Below are positions 45,976 to 59,061 of a DNA stretch of 64,000 bases, in pieces. A program made the position numbers and the translations under genes. Numbering within the stretch: the stretch's first letter is position 1; the number at the start of each line of letters is the position of its first letter. Under the pieces are notes generated by a model that searched no databases, was not told the origin of the DNA, and saw only the letters and a program-made list of their open reading frames with translations. This DNA comes from the human T2T-CHM13v2.0 reference genome, Homo sapiens: assembly GCF_009914755.1 (NCBI RefSeq), contig NC_060928.1; one strand, written 5' to 3'.

Positions 45976-46604
45976 CAGTATTATAAAAGGACATAGGAGT
46001 CTTATGTCTTATTTATTCTCTACAAATTTAAAAATTTGAACTTTTAATGTTTTCCAAGGTGATGTACAACAGAATCATGTCAGAGCTGAATATTGTAACT
46101 GTATTGTTCCTAGGGCACTCTTAAAACTTCCACAGCTATGGCTGCCACAAAGTACTGCATTTGCTTAACACTCAAGGTTATTGGCACATGTGCCCTTTTG
46201 CATTTGAACAAAATCTGTGTTTTATTCACGTACAACCAAGATGTCACTTTATAATGCTGCAAAGACATAGAGGAAGGTGTAGAAACACACACTTCCAGAA
46301 AAAAATACTAAGAGGCAAATTACTGATTAACATTTAACATTCTAAATCATTACTTAAATAAATACCAATTTTTGAAGATATGGACAGAAAATGAAAGCAG
46401 TCAAAGCAGTGTTTGGGGCACATATGTTAATGCATTTTAATAAGATGGAAGAAACTAAATGACAGGGAAAATATATTAGAAACATTTCTTTTTTTTTTCT
46501 TTTTTTTTTTTTTTTCAGACATTGCAGGCCATACTGAAAAGTCACTGATTTTGTATTTCAGTGTAATATCTAAAATTGAATTTTAATTCGCATGCATTCG
46601 TTGC

Positions 46605-46612
46605 AGAGAGAC

Positions 46613-46652
<40 letters not shown>
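46605..46652. repeat. (GA)n microsatellite
   Basis: Read directly. Confidence 0.95.
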
Positions 46653-46655
<3 letters not shown>

Positions 46656-49600
46656 TTGAGAGATTTAAGTTGATTCACTGGGTCAGACAGAAGTATTTGC
46701 AGCTGCAATAAAGAAGCTTTCCCCAAACTGCATTGCCAGATCTTCTCAGCTCTGACCCACAGTCACTGTGCCAAAAGCTGCCAGGAATGCCAAGTGCATG
46801 GTGATTTTGTGACGTAGAGAAATAGGGTTCTGGGTGAGAATACTTAATTGTCTTGAACTACAATATTTGGTTGGTATCCGAGCCAAAGTTTCCAGACATA
46901 AAAAACAGTGGTAAAAATCCACAGACACAAAAATACTTTGTATCTACTGCCTCAAAGTAAGCAGGACCTTTGAGCAAGCAGCACTTTGAGTTTGATTTCG
47001 GCTGTTGTTTTTAAATTGTGATGGCTAAAGGAAGGCAGTCTAGTTTGTTTATGTGTATCCTTGAGACTAAAGATATGCTCTCAGTTGCCCTTAGACTCCC
47101 GATATTTGTAACTTAGATATATTTGCTGTATCTTCTCTTCTGAGGTTATATATGTCTTTATTGTTTCTTAATCAAATTTAAGTATAGGAACATCTCTTTG
47201 TTATTTCTCATAAGTTTCTTGGGATTTTAGGTGTTATTCGGAAAGTTTTTTTTTCCTTAAATATTTGAAGTTTGGGGTTTTAATCTGCGTTGTTTGTATT
47301 TTAATTGAGCTATGGGAAATTATGGAATTTTTTCAAATTCTTGTGCAATTCACTCTATACCTTTAGGAAAGAAAATACGTTGAAAACTTTTATATAATCT
47401 CCAGGGTAAAAATCCTTACAAAAATATATACAATTTTAAGCTAATTTTTATTAGGGAACATTTCAATACAACTAACATTTTTGAAATACATTTTTAGTGA
47501 TTGAAAATGATCTTCAGTATTTCAATGATTTCAGGTACACCATGTTGCTACCAATTAATCCTTAGAAAAGTCATTTTATTTACTAGAGTTTATTGCATCT
47601 GGTTTTGTCATGTAAGTATCCATTTAACAATATTATATTTGCATAAGAACTTTTTGAGTACATCATAGTAGAGTAAGTGATGAGCACCTTCTGTTTTCTG
47701 AAAAAAATGGGTTGATAAGAATGAATTCATGCTTGGAGAATTATGTTAAAAATTGGTGCCTGATAAATCATAAATTGGACAGGCTGCCTGTCTTGCATAG
47801 GTCTTTTATCAGGTATTATACAAACAACTGATTGTAGGATGACTGCATATTTTAAGGACTATTGAAAATTAGTGGATACTGATTTTACTGTTAGAACCCT
47901 AGAGTTGGTGGGCCTGCCGAGTCCTGCTTGAATTACTATTTCGTTGAAGATTATTAATCACCAGCTGCCATCACACAGTGGCAGGATTCCAAGGCAGCAC
48001 TCTGAGGACTCCTCTGTTCATTCCTCTGTCGCAGGGTGACATAGTATAGAAGCCTTTTTGGCTTCTCTGCAAAAGAACATAACTGCCTCTAAAATGTGTG
48101 CATTATCACCAAGTTTAAAGTTAGAGGATGTTCAGGAAAAAAAAATTCTCAGATATTTTATTGAGACCAACTGAGTACATATGCTTTTTGTTAAGAATCA
48201 TGTTAATTCAAAAATAAAAAAGTTCCAATATTTTTGCTCACAATCCTTTGTTCTCCCTCTATCCATCCATCACTTGGTGATACATTTCACAGTCACATGG
48301 TGGTAGGGGACAGTGTGGGAAAGAGAAAGACTTTGGCCTTTGAGTCCTGTAAATTATTCAGTTGTACATTCTAGTGGTTTCCATTTCGTCAGACTTCAAC
48401 ATACTGTGAAATGGTGACATGTCAAAGGTTGCATTATTGGTTGATAATGCAGCTCTGTAAAGTGTGTGAGCTCGGGTCCCAGCGTCCCCTGCCAACACAC
48501 ACAGATCCCAGGACAGGTGCAAATTTGACTTCACACATCACAATTGAACAAGCCAAGCCTGAATATAACCTGACTGGGCTTAACTTTTCACTTCTTTTGC
48601 AATCTGCTTTCTTATCACTTCTTAGATTGTTTTTTTTAATTTTATTTGTAAGAGTAAGGGAAATTTGGTAGTTTATAAGCCTGAGTTCAAACTTCCATGA
48701 TTTCTCAGTTGTCAAACGTATTTTCTGAGAAATGCCCTCATCAAAGTAATCAGCCTAATATTTTTTATTTCTTATTAAAATTACATTATATTTATTCAAA
48801 TTTCAGGTAAATTTAAATATAATGTAATTTTTCAAAATAATTCTTTAATATTACACAAATAAGGAATTATTGCCTTTAGTTTGTTCTCATAATGTTTTTG
48901 AATAATTGCCTTTCAAAATGCTTGACTTAAGAAGAGGAAGACATCTACAATAAAAATTTACTATGCAGATTTTTTTAAATTTACATTTGCTACTTTTTAG
49001 TAGCCTTTAAAATATCATTTTCATCTAAGAAGCATGCTGTGACTGTGTTTACAGGGTTAATCACATAAATTAAAGGAATGATGGGAAGAAGTTATAAGCA
49101 GTATGTAGAGTAAGTTAACTAAAAGTGGCATGTTAGCTCAAAATAGAATGTATATTTTTGGCATAATGAAACACAATGCTTGGTCTTCTTCTAAGTTAAC
49201 TTTTTAAATTAAATACTTGGAGTTGTATTGTGAATATATTCGTGTCCTTATAAAGGACCACATAACTTGTATCTGAGAACTTTTCTTTTTGTTGAGATAT
49301 AAGTTTAAAGGAATGTGAATTTCTAATAAGACTAATTCAGTTGGATCTCTTAAATCTTAATGGATTATGGATTAGTGACTGAAGAAAACCAGGTAGAGAG
49401 AGCAAGGATATTGAACTCCTATACATCTTTAAAACTTTAATCATTGAACTTATTTGCGTGTTCTTTGGAGGGAAATTAGCCCTCCAGCTGGCTTCCAACT
49501 GTGACAGCAGCTTTTATTCTAACATTAGTAGAAAGAATTGTATAATGATGCTAGTTCAGACTTTTTTCCTTCCTGATATATGTTACAATTATTTGTCATG

Positions 49601-50039
49601 GACAAGAGTCCATGTTTTCAAAAGAGAATAGTATCTGGTAATATTATCATTCTATTCCAGCTAGGGTAATGTGGGGAATAGAAGTTGTTAGAAACATGTG
49701 AATGCAAATTTGCAATTTAGGAAACTCAAAATAGACATTACTGCTCTTCATTTCAAAGCAAGTTTTAGTGACATTAAATCAAAACTCTCCAGTTTTATTT
49801 TTACTATAATCTCCTGACATGTATAGCTCACATCATGTTTTATTGTAATGCTTAGTGTCAGTCATTTCTAGATTTTTTTGCAGTGACTAATTTTATTTTT
49901 GCTTTAAAAATTTATAGAATAGGGGGATTATTTATTTAAAATCTCTTAAAATAAATACATGAGTGTAAAATCTGAGACCCTTGCTGTTGCTCACATTTTA
50001 AATTTGACCATGCTAACTCAGTGTAGAAGAGCCAGAGAA

Positions 50040-50292
50040 CAAACTCTGTAACCAGAAACCCAGCTTCCATTGCCCTCTTTAGTATCTACATGCCATGTTA
50101 CCTTGGGCTTACTGTACAATCAGCACCTCAGTTCCCTCTTGTTAAATAAGACTAATACTAGTACATACAAGGGATAAAATTATATATATAAAATATTAAA
50201 TAATATATAAAATACATATATGTATAATATATAATATATAAAATAAAATTTTATATATATAGCACTTAACAGTAGGTAAATGTTAGCTATTC
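50040..50292 (+). mobile_element. MIR interrupted by an AT-rich low-complexity tract (~50175-50260)
   Basis: CATGTTACCTTGGGC...CCTCAGTTCCCTC, resuming at AGCACTTAACAGTAGGTAAATGTTAGCTATT. Confidence 0.6.
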
Positions 50293-51389
50293 TTCCAATT
50301 GACTCATTAATGAATCATGAGAATCTTTTATGTGATAATGAAATTCGAGAGTACTAAGTGAAATAATTGCACAGTGCTTATAAATAGGGAAATAAGAGTG
50401 AAAGATAATACAAATTAATTGAAATATGTAATATAAGGAAAAACAGATGAGAACTCTTGTAAATAAAAGATTAATGAAATTTAGAATCTATTGAAAGGGA
50501 TATTTGTTATTTTTAATAACAAATTTATTTTTAATATTAAAAATTTTAATATTTGTCTTTGAAAATTTAATATTTGTCTTTGAAATATCTAATATCCAAA
50601 TTCTCAATATTTCATATGATAGTTTTTGTTCTATTTGTTCAGTTTTTATAAATAGGATATTTCTTACAAAATGTGTTTGATTTTCAAATATAACTTTATC
50701 ATTAAATTTGTTTAGTATCCTTATGAGGAAATTTGCAGTCATATTTGATAAGTACGCATAATTTATTTCACTTTCCATGCTTCAGTATTATTTTATAATG
50801 GTATTTTCAATTTGTAAACCAGACTGTAATGAAACTCTTCCCTCATAATTGTTTAGAAATAACGTATCTTTAGAATGTGTCAATAATTTGTGCTCTCTAG
50901 AAAGACTTTATTTGTTATACTTTAAAAGTGGAATCTATTTATATTTCTGTTGCCTAACCAAAATAGCATATCTAAAATATGGATAGAGTTACTGCTTTTC
51001 AAAGAACATATTTAAGATTTCTCTTAATATCTTAATTTTTATCTTATATATAGATCTTATGTATGTCTAAAAGATACATTAGGTCTCATATATCTAATAT
51101 TTGCTACAGTTAATATAAAAACAAATGAAGATTAATTGACTTAGTTTAATATTTCTATGTTCTTGCTTAAGGAACTGATTGGTTTTCTCATAGGGCATTG
51201 AAAGAGCCTAATGAAAAAAATGCTATAAACGTTAGACTTAAAAAGATCTAGCTTCAAGTTCTGTTCTGCCACTTGTAACCTGAGAGGTTTTGAATAAGCA
51301 GTTTAGTATCTGTGAAGCTTTGTTTTCTCCTATACAAAGTGGAGATAATCACATAGAGTTGTGATAACAACTATCACATTAAGATGTTA

Positions 51390-51557
51390 TGAAATGGGGG
51401 AATGAGGGGGGCCTGGATGATGAGAAATGACTTCATGGATACGACGTGGATTATTGCCATGATATATATACTAAAAGCCCTGACTTCACCACTATGTAAT
51501 GTAACAAAATTACACTTGTACCTTATAAAGTTATACAAATAAAAATTTTAAATAAAA
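51390..51557 (+). mobile_element. L1MA 3' end inserted in a MIR (~51230-51640)
   Basis: GGATGATGAGAAATGACTTCATGGATAC...CTAAAAGCCCTGACTTCACCACTATG; MIR motifs on both sides. Confidence 0.75.
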
Positions 51558-53044
51558 TATCACTCTAACAAAATATGAAATAAAATGAGATTACATATGT
51601 AAAGCACTTGGAACAGTATCTGATAACAGTTTTTGCAATAATAATTATATAAATATCTGGCATTTAACTACTAAAGACATGTTCGTATGTGTATTATGTA
51701 AAATTGAGGCCTTCTTGAATCTTATGATTTCTAACACAGACACTTCGGCTGAAATGCCATAAAACACTTAGAGATAGACATTTTGCAGAGTACCTGGCAA
51801 TGGCATATATAATATAAAACACATATATTTAGTGCATAATGTGCATAATCCTCAAATAAAATTAGCTACTTTTAGAATATTGTTTTTCTTTTAATGACGT
51901 TTTACACAAAATGGGCTATCAGAACAGTAGATCACATATTTATTTAAAAACTAAAGGAGTGAGTTGAGAGAGATACATGAAAGAAAAGAAAGTGCCACAT
52001 GTGGTATGCCACCTTTATAGAGATTTAATCTTATATAAAAAGCTCTAAGAATTCCTGTTTTAAAGAACCTTAGACATTTACTTCAAACATAAAGCTACTA
52101 AGATTATTTTTGATTGAATCATTTTTAGATGTATTTATCAACATTCTACTGAAGAAATGTTCCACTGAGCAAACTATTAAATGGTAATGTTAGAATAAAT
52201 GAAAAATTAACGTAAAATCATAGGTCAAACAGAAATGTAACACTATAGATCTAGTTTGGAAACAATTAACAGCTAAAGCCCAGGATATGACTAAAGAGAA
52301 AGGATCTCTGCTTAGATTACAGAATGGAAGAAAATAAATTCTGATAACTAGGTAATTAAGTTTGGCAGCTAGGGATGAAAAAGACAACTGAAAATAAAAT
52401 ATGGAAGAAGTAAGAATGAAACACAGCAAGTACTCTTTTGAGAAGAAAAAGAGTTAAGATTTTTCTGTCCCAGCACTTTTTGAATCTAAGTCCCGTAATA
52501 TATATAAAATGAGGGATTAGACTATATTGCCTCTACCAGGTTATTGCAAGCACTTAAACTTGTAATTCTCATATAAAATAAAAAAAACAAAAAGTATATT
52601 CTTCCAATATTTTCCTTAAATATTTACACATTACATGATACATTTTATTTGTGAATAACTTTAATACTCTTAAATTAGAATGTTATAAATGCTATTAAGT
52701 TATCTGTTTTAATATAAGGTGTGTGTGCATCTAGTAATAGGAAGAAAAGAAGGAAGGAAGAATAAGGACGACAAAAGAAGAGAGGGAAGGAAAGAAAAAA
52801 CTTGTCAAATATTTCATAGCTGATCTAATTTTGTGCTCTTTTTTTCTGTGCCACATTTATTCCCAGAAGTTTCTTTGGTGGATCAAGAGATGTGAAGCCA
52901 GTGCCTGGTATGGAGGAGATGAACATACCTGAATCTCTCAATTTTAATGACAATTTATTTTTTTACTAGACATATAGACATCCTAAATATATATATTATG
53001 AAAATTTCATATTATATTAAAAGGAACATTGTTCCTTTTTGTTA

Positions 53045-53225
53045 CTTTTTAAATTTAATTTTTTTAGGACAGGATCTTGCACTTTTGCACAGGCTGGACT
53101 CAATCATGGCTTACTGAAGCCTCGAAATCCTGGGCTCAAGCAATCCTCTGTGTCTCTGGGACTACAGGAACATACATGCCACCGAGCCTGGCCAATATTT
53201 TTTTTCTTTTTTTTTTAGAAATAGA
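53045..53225 (-). mobile_element. AluJ right-arm fragment
   Basis: CAATCATGGCTTACTGAAGCCTC...CCTGGGCTCAAGCAATCCTC...GGGACTACAGG. Confidence 0.75.
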
Positions 53226-53429
53226 CTTTATGTATTTAAACATAAAAACTGTGAAAAAGAAATCATCAGAATTCAGGAGGTAGATGATGAGAAGGGGAAG
53301 ATATTGATCAAAAGGTACAAAACTTGCAGGTATAAAATGAGTAAGTTCTGGAAATGTACAACATGATGACGTAACATAGTTAATAATCATATATGCTTGA
53401 AGTGTCCTAAAATTATTTTAAAAATGCCA

Positions 53430-55378
53430 ACTTTTATTTTCAATACAGGGGGTACATGTGCAGGTTTTTTACATGGGTATATTGCACCCAGGTAGTGAGT
53501 ATAGTACCCAATAGGTAGCTTTACGATGCATGCCCCCTCCTTCTCCCTCCTCCAGTAGTCTTCAGTGTCTATTCCCATTCTTAGGTCTATGTATGTTCAA
53601 TGTTTTCCTTCCACTTATAAATGAGAACATGCAGTATTTAGCTTTCTGTTCCTGCATTAATTTGCTTTGGAATGATGAACCCTAGCTCCATCTAGTTTGC
53701 CACAAATGGCATTATTTCATTCTTTTATGACTGTGTAGTATTAGATGTTGTATATGTACCACATTTTCTTTATCCAATCTACCATTGATAGGCGCCTAGG
53801 TTGATTTCATTATCTTTGCTCTTGTGATGTTTCATGTTCAGTGCTATGGCAATGAACATTTGGGTGCATGCATCTTTTTGTATAAGGATCTGTTTTCCTT
53901 TGAGTATGTGCCTAGTAATGGGAATGCTAGGTAGAATGGTGGCTCTATTTTAAGTTCTTTGAGAAATCTCCAAATTGCTATCTACAGTGTCTGAACTAAT
54001 TTTCATTCCCACCAAAAGTATGTAAGCATTCAGCTTTCTCCACACCCTCATCAACATCTGTTATAGTTTACTTAATAATAGCCATTCTGACTGGTGTGAG
54101 ATGGTATCTCATTGTGGTTTTGATTGGCATTTCTCTAATTCGTGATGATAAGCATTTTTTCATATGTTTGTGGGCTACTTGTATGTCTTCTTTTGAAAAG
54201 TGTTGATGTCCTTTTCCCATTTTTAAATGGAGTTATCTGTTTTTTACATGTTGACTTGAGTTCTTCGTTGATTCCGGAGATGAGACCTTTGTCAGATGCA
54301 TAGTTTGCAGATATGTTCTCTTGTTCCGTAGGTTGTCTGTTTACTCTGTTTATAGTCTTTTTGTTGTTGTTGTTTTTGTTGTTTTTTTTAAATGCAGAAG
54401 CTCTTTAGTTTAACTAGCTCCCATTTGTCAATTTTTGGTTTTGTTGCAATTGCTTTTGGGAACTTGGCCAAAAATTCTTTGTCAAGGCCAATGTTGATAA
54501 GGAAATTTCCTAGGTTTTCTTCTAGGGTTTTTTATAGTGTGAGGTCTTCCACTTAAATCTTTAATCTACATTGAGTTAATTTTTGTATATGGTAAAATTT
54601 AAGGGTCCACTTTCATTCTTCTGCATGCTTGTTTATCTCAGCCTTGTTGAAGATCAGATGGTTATAGGGTGTGGGGCTTTATTTCTGTTTCTTATTCTGA
54701 TCTATTGATCTGTTTGTTTTTGTACCAATACCATGCTATTTGGTTACTGTAGCCTTATAGTATAGTTTGACGTTAAGTAATGTGATGCATCTAGCTTTAT
54801 TCTTCTTGCTTGGGATTGTTTTGGTTATTTGTGCTCTTTTTTGGTTCCATGTGAATTTTAGAATAGTTTTATTTTTTTAATTCTGTGAGAATGACCTTGG
54901 TAGTTTGATAGGTATAACATTGAATATGTACATTGCTTTGGGCGCTGTGGCCATTTCAATGATATTGATTCTTCTAATCCATGAACATGGAATGTTTTTC
55001 CATGTATTTTTGTTATGTCTGATTTATTTCACCAGTGTTTTATAGTTCTTATTGTGGAGATCTTTCAACATACTACTGGAAGTCTTAGCCAGAGCAATCA
55101 GGCAAGAGAAGGAAATAAAGGGATCTAAATAGAAAAAGAATAAGTCAAACTATCTCTCTTCTCTATGATTCCATAGTTAGAAAACCCCAAAGACTCTGCC
55201 AAAAGGCTGCTGGAACTTATAAACAACTTTTGAAAGTTTTCAGAATATAAAATAAATGTACAAAAACTCACTAGCATTTTTATATACTAATAACATTTAG
55301 GCTGAGAGTCAAATCAAGAACGCAATCTCATTTACAATAGCCACAAAAAAATGAAATATCTATGAATACAGTTAGCCA
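53430..55378 (-). mobile_element. L1PA15-17-like element, 5'-truncated, with an inverted 5' segment (55064-55378 in + orientation)
   Basis: Antisense 3'UTR and ORF2 run to ...GGAGATCTTTCAAC, then sense ORF2 TTCAACATACTACTGGAAGTCTTAGCCAGAGCAATCAGGCAAG. Confidence 0.88.
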
Positions 55379-55512
55379 GCTAATTAAATAAAAAATTTCT
55401 ATATACTGGGTCTCCTTATGTTGTTCAGGTTGGTCTCAAACCCCTGGCCTGAAGTGATACCTTGGCTTCCCAAAGTGCTAGGAATCACAGGTATGGGCCT
55501 CTGCACCTGGCC
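55379..55512 (-). mobile_element. Alu linker plus left-arm fragment (AluJ-like)
   Basis: GGGTCTCCTTATGTTGTTCAGGTTGGTCTCAAAC...CCCAAAGTGCTAGG...CCTGGCC. Confidence 0.75.
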
Positions 55513-57239
55513 AAATTTAAAAAAAAATTGATTGTTTAACTGTCATACATGCCTTGATTTCAGAAGATATTTTACATTTGGTGAAAAATGAGCAAATTTG
55601 AGCTCTTCATCTGATGAGAAATTCAATCTAATCAGAATTGTCTTTTTCAATTGCAAAGTGTAATTTTCTCAAGGATCACATATTATAATATCTATATTAG
55701 TAAATTACTATACACACATTTATTTAACTCATTGTCTTATGAATGCTTTATTAAGATTACATTTACATTGCAAGTAGAGATTAGTTATCCTGAGAGACAA
55801 AAATCTACAACTAGATCTGACTGACATGATTAAAAAATAACAGATTGTGTTGCTTATAAAAAAAGGGTAGTGTTGGCAGAATAACCTGCAACAATGCTTG
55901 ATACTTTCTAACATCTTTTTCATTGAAAAAAGGGATTTAACATTCTATAAGTATTGTAGCCATGATGTAAATGGATACAACATAAAATTAAGGAAATTAT
56001 ATTTTATTAAATGATACAACATATAAGTAAAATGTATTTATAGATTTATGCATACGTATTTCAATTAATTTTCCTATTTGATATCAATATGCTTCTCCAA
56101 AGTAATAAATTAAGTCTCACTAAAATAAACAAGATGAAGAATTTGGAACAAAACCTCAAAGCCTCTCAAGAAATTGTTTCTAGATTGTGAAGTAAATAGT
56201 TGTCAGGCTGTAGCTCTCATTTTTATTCAGCTCTTATATTTGCCAGCTTTTGATGTTATGGCTATTAACTTTTATAGATGTCATACATTTTTATGTTAAT
56301 CGTTCAGCTTTTTGTCTGGTGAGTAGCTAGACTTGTGTTCCTTGAACAAATTATATGAGCAAATTACCACATGCCTTCAACATCTTTAAAAGGTTTTGTT
56401 TCCTGTTTGTCATTTTAGAATTGATTTTTAAAATTAAGAATATTTCAAATACTTATTGATAATGGACAAAATATGTTTACTCTTTTTGTGAGGTCATCTT
56501 TAAGATAATATAAGAGTTGTATAGTTCAAATAAACTTTCTCAAATTTATTAGAAGACAAATAAATGTTTATATTCATATAAGTCAAAATACTACATCAAA
56601 TTTTACATAGTAAAATATTTATGATTTATGTGCAACAGATATGTTATGTAATTATTTCCCTTTATCTCTTTTTTTTCTCATTATAGAACAGCTGTCATCC
56701 AAACATTTTGATGGAAACTTCACTTTTATTAAGGAATATTTTTAACATATATTCTTATAAATATTTTAGATCTAGCTTCTAACATAAACATAATTGCAAT
56801 TATATCTCAAACTTAAACAAAAATATTCTAGTATATTCAAACATTTCATTAGTATTTAAACTTTCAATCTTCCTGTAAGTTCTATATTTTATAAAATATA
56901 TATTAAATTTGAAGCATTTGTTTTAAAAGGATCCAAATAAAATTTTCATATTGTTAGAAGTTGATAGGCTTAATTCCATGTGTGTCTTTTCTTTTTCCTT
57001 GGAATGTGTTTGTTACTGAAACTGAATAGTTTGTTTTTGTAGTTTTCTACAGTATGTTTCAGTCTGATTGCATCACTGCAATGGTGTTTAACATGTTCCC
57101 CTTTTCTCCCTATATTACCTATTTATTTGTAGTTGTAGTCAAGAAATGAAAGAAGGCCAAATTTAATTGACTTTGTTTTGGTTTCATTTTGATACAGTTA
57201 TGTTATAGGAAGAACTGGTTTGTCTCTCAAATTTTCTTA

Positions 57240-58370
57240 ACAGTACTTTATTCATATGTAGTTTACATATTGAGCATAAACATTAAATATACAGTCCCAT
57301 GAACTGTGATACATCTATGTACCTGAGTAAGTAATATCCAGATCAGGATATAGATTTCTATTACTCCACAAAGTTTCTTCATGCTCCTATCCAGACAAGC
57401 CCCCATCTCCCTGCTCACTACCCCCATGAGCGACCACTATGATTTTTATCACCATGGACTGCTCCTTAACTTGACATGTATTCTTTTGCATCTGACTTCT
57501 TTCTTCCCTCAGGCTTTTGAGACTTTCCCATGTTTTAAAAGTATTGATAGTATTTTTTCATCAAATTATTTCCCCGTAAGAATTAGATCACAGGTTGTTT
57601 TTCCTGTCTCCTGTTGATGAACATTGATGGGATTTTTTATTTTGGGCTCTTATGAATAAGCTGCCGCAAATATCTTTAGAGAAGTCATCTTATGTGAAAA
57701 ACGCATTCACTTTTCTTGCAGTCAAATGTCCTAGGAGTAGAATTGGTGGGTCATAGGATGACAACTGAAAAAGAATTTTCCATCTTGATTGCACTGTTTT
57801 AGACTCCTACCGGCTTCGTAGGAGAGTTCTCGTCGTACCACACTCTTGGCATCACTTGTTATTGTCTGTTTTCGTAATGGAACGTTTGGGTGGGTGGGCT
57901 ATCTCATTGAAGTTTTAACTTGCAGTTCATCTATAATTAATAATGTGCCATGGAGATACTTTCTTATTATGTGCCACTCAGCTATCTTCTTTTATAAAGT
58001 GCCTGTTAAAGTCTTTAGCCCAATTTTTAAAAATTGAGTTATTTTCTCTCGCTTGTAATAATTTGTGGGTATTTTCAAAACTATTTTCTAGATACAATTT
58101 CTTGTTCAGTTTGTGTATTGTCAAATATATTACATTATTAACCTGCCTGTACAGAGCAGTAGTTTCTAATACTGATAAACTTTTACCTATTAATATTTTT
58201 TCTTGTTCTTAACACTTAAATCTTGACTAAAAAAAAAAAACTTGTTCACTCTGAAATCATGAATATTTATGTTTTCATCTAGAAATGCTATAGTTTTAGC
58301 TTTTATAGCCTTAGCTTTTAAATTTAGATTTATAACCCATCCGGAATTATTTTTTGTCTATGATGACTGC
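57240..58370 (-). mobile_element. Old L1M (L1MD/ME-like) 3' region
   Basis: TCTCCTGTTGATGAACATT...CCTAGGAGTAGAATTGGTGGGTCATAGG...GTGCCTGTTAAAGTCTTTAGCCCA. Confidence 0.7.
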
Positions 58371-59061
58371 TGGGGCTAACAGTTTAATCCTTTTGATTTG
58401 TTATTATGACTATTAAAATGTAAACAAATGTAAAACAGGTTATTGAGGCAAAAACTATTTTCATGGTGTCTATTCAATATCTTCATGAACATAAGTATCC
58501 TTGAGGGAATTTTAAAATTGCACCCATTTTGTGAAATTATTTCGTATTCTATTTATGTTTTCATTTATCATTATTATCACTCCTGAATTAGTAAATGCTG
58601 TTAATAATCAACAAACTTATACAATCACAGTCTTTGAATTCTTTTTTTTTTTTTTTTTTTTTTACTTTTTCCTCAAGCCTTTATCCTATATCAGGTGTTG
58701 TACTTGGATTTAGACATTTTGGAAAGTATCCAACTTTTTTTGTAATTTCGGTAGTAGCAGTACAACTTGTTCCCTAAAAAGCTAAATAGCCACAACAAAT
58801 GTACAATGATCGGTTAGAGTGGGACTGAGAGGCAATGTTTCCCAATATGTAGAGGAGGGATTCAGAAACATTTAATAATGGTGTGATCCTGTATAACTTA
58901 CTTTATCTCCTTGTGTATCTCCTTGTTTATAAGATAAAATCATGATAGTGTCTGCTGATAGGGTTATGGGGATTAAATTAATGTTAACATTTGTAAAGTG
59001 TTTGGAATGGTGTCAACCACACAGTAAAATTATATAATTGCTTTACTATTACTATTGTAAG
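57960..59061 (+). repeat. 1.1-kb direct duplication, copy 1 (1102 bp)
   Basis: Runs from TTTCTTATTATGTGCCACTCAG to CTATTACTATTGTAAG and matches 61304-62390. The ORF track shows twin ORFs (MKLFRILFMF...) at 58531 and 61873. Confidence 0.97.

Noticed and set aside
48801-48812. Recursive splice site TTTCAG|GTAAAT
   Set aside because: Poor pyrimidine tract; expected by chance in AT-rich sequence.
53045-55512. A single AluJ split by the L1 insertion
   Set aside because: Both fragments appear to include the central linker and no TSD links them; two truncated Alus are equally plausible.
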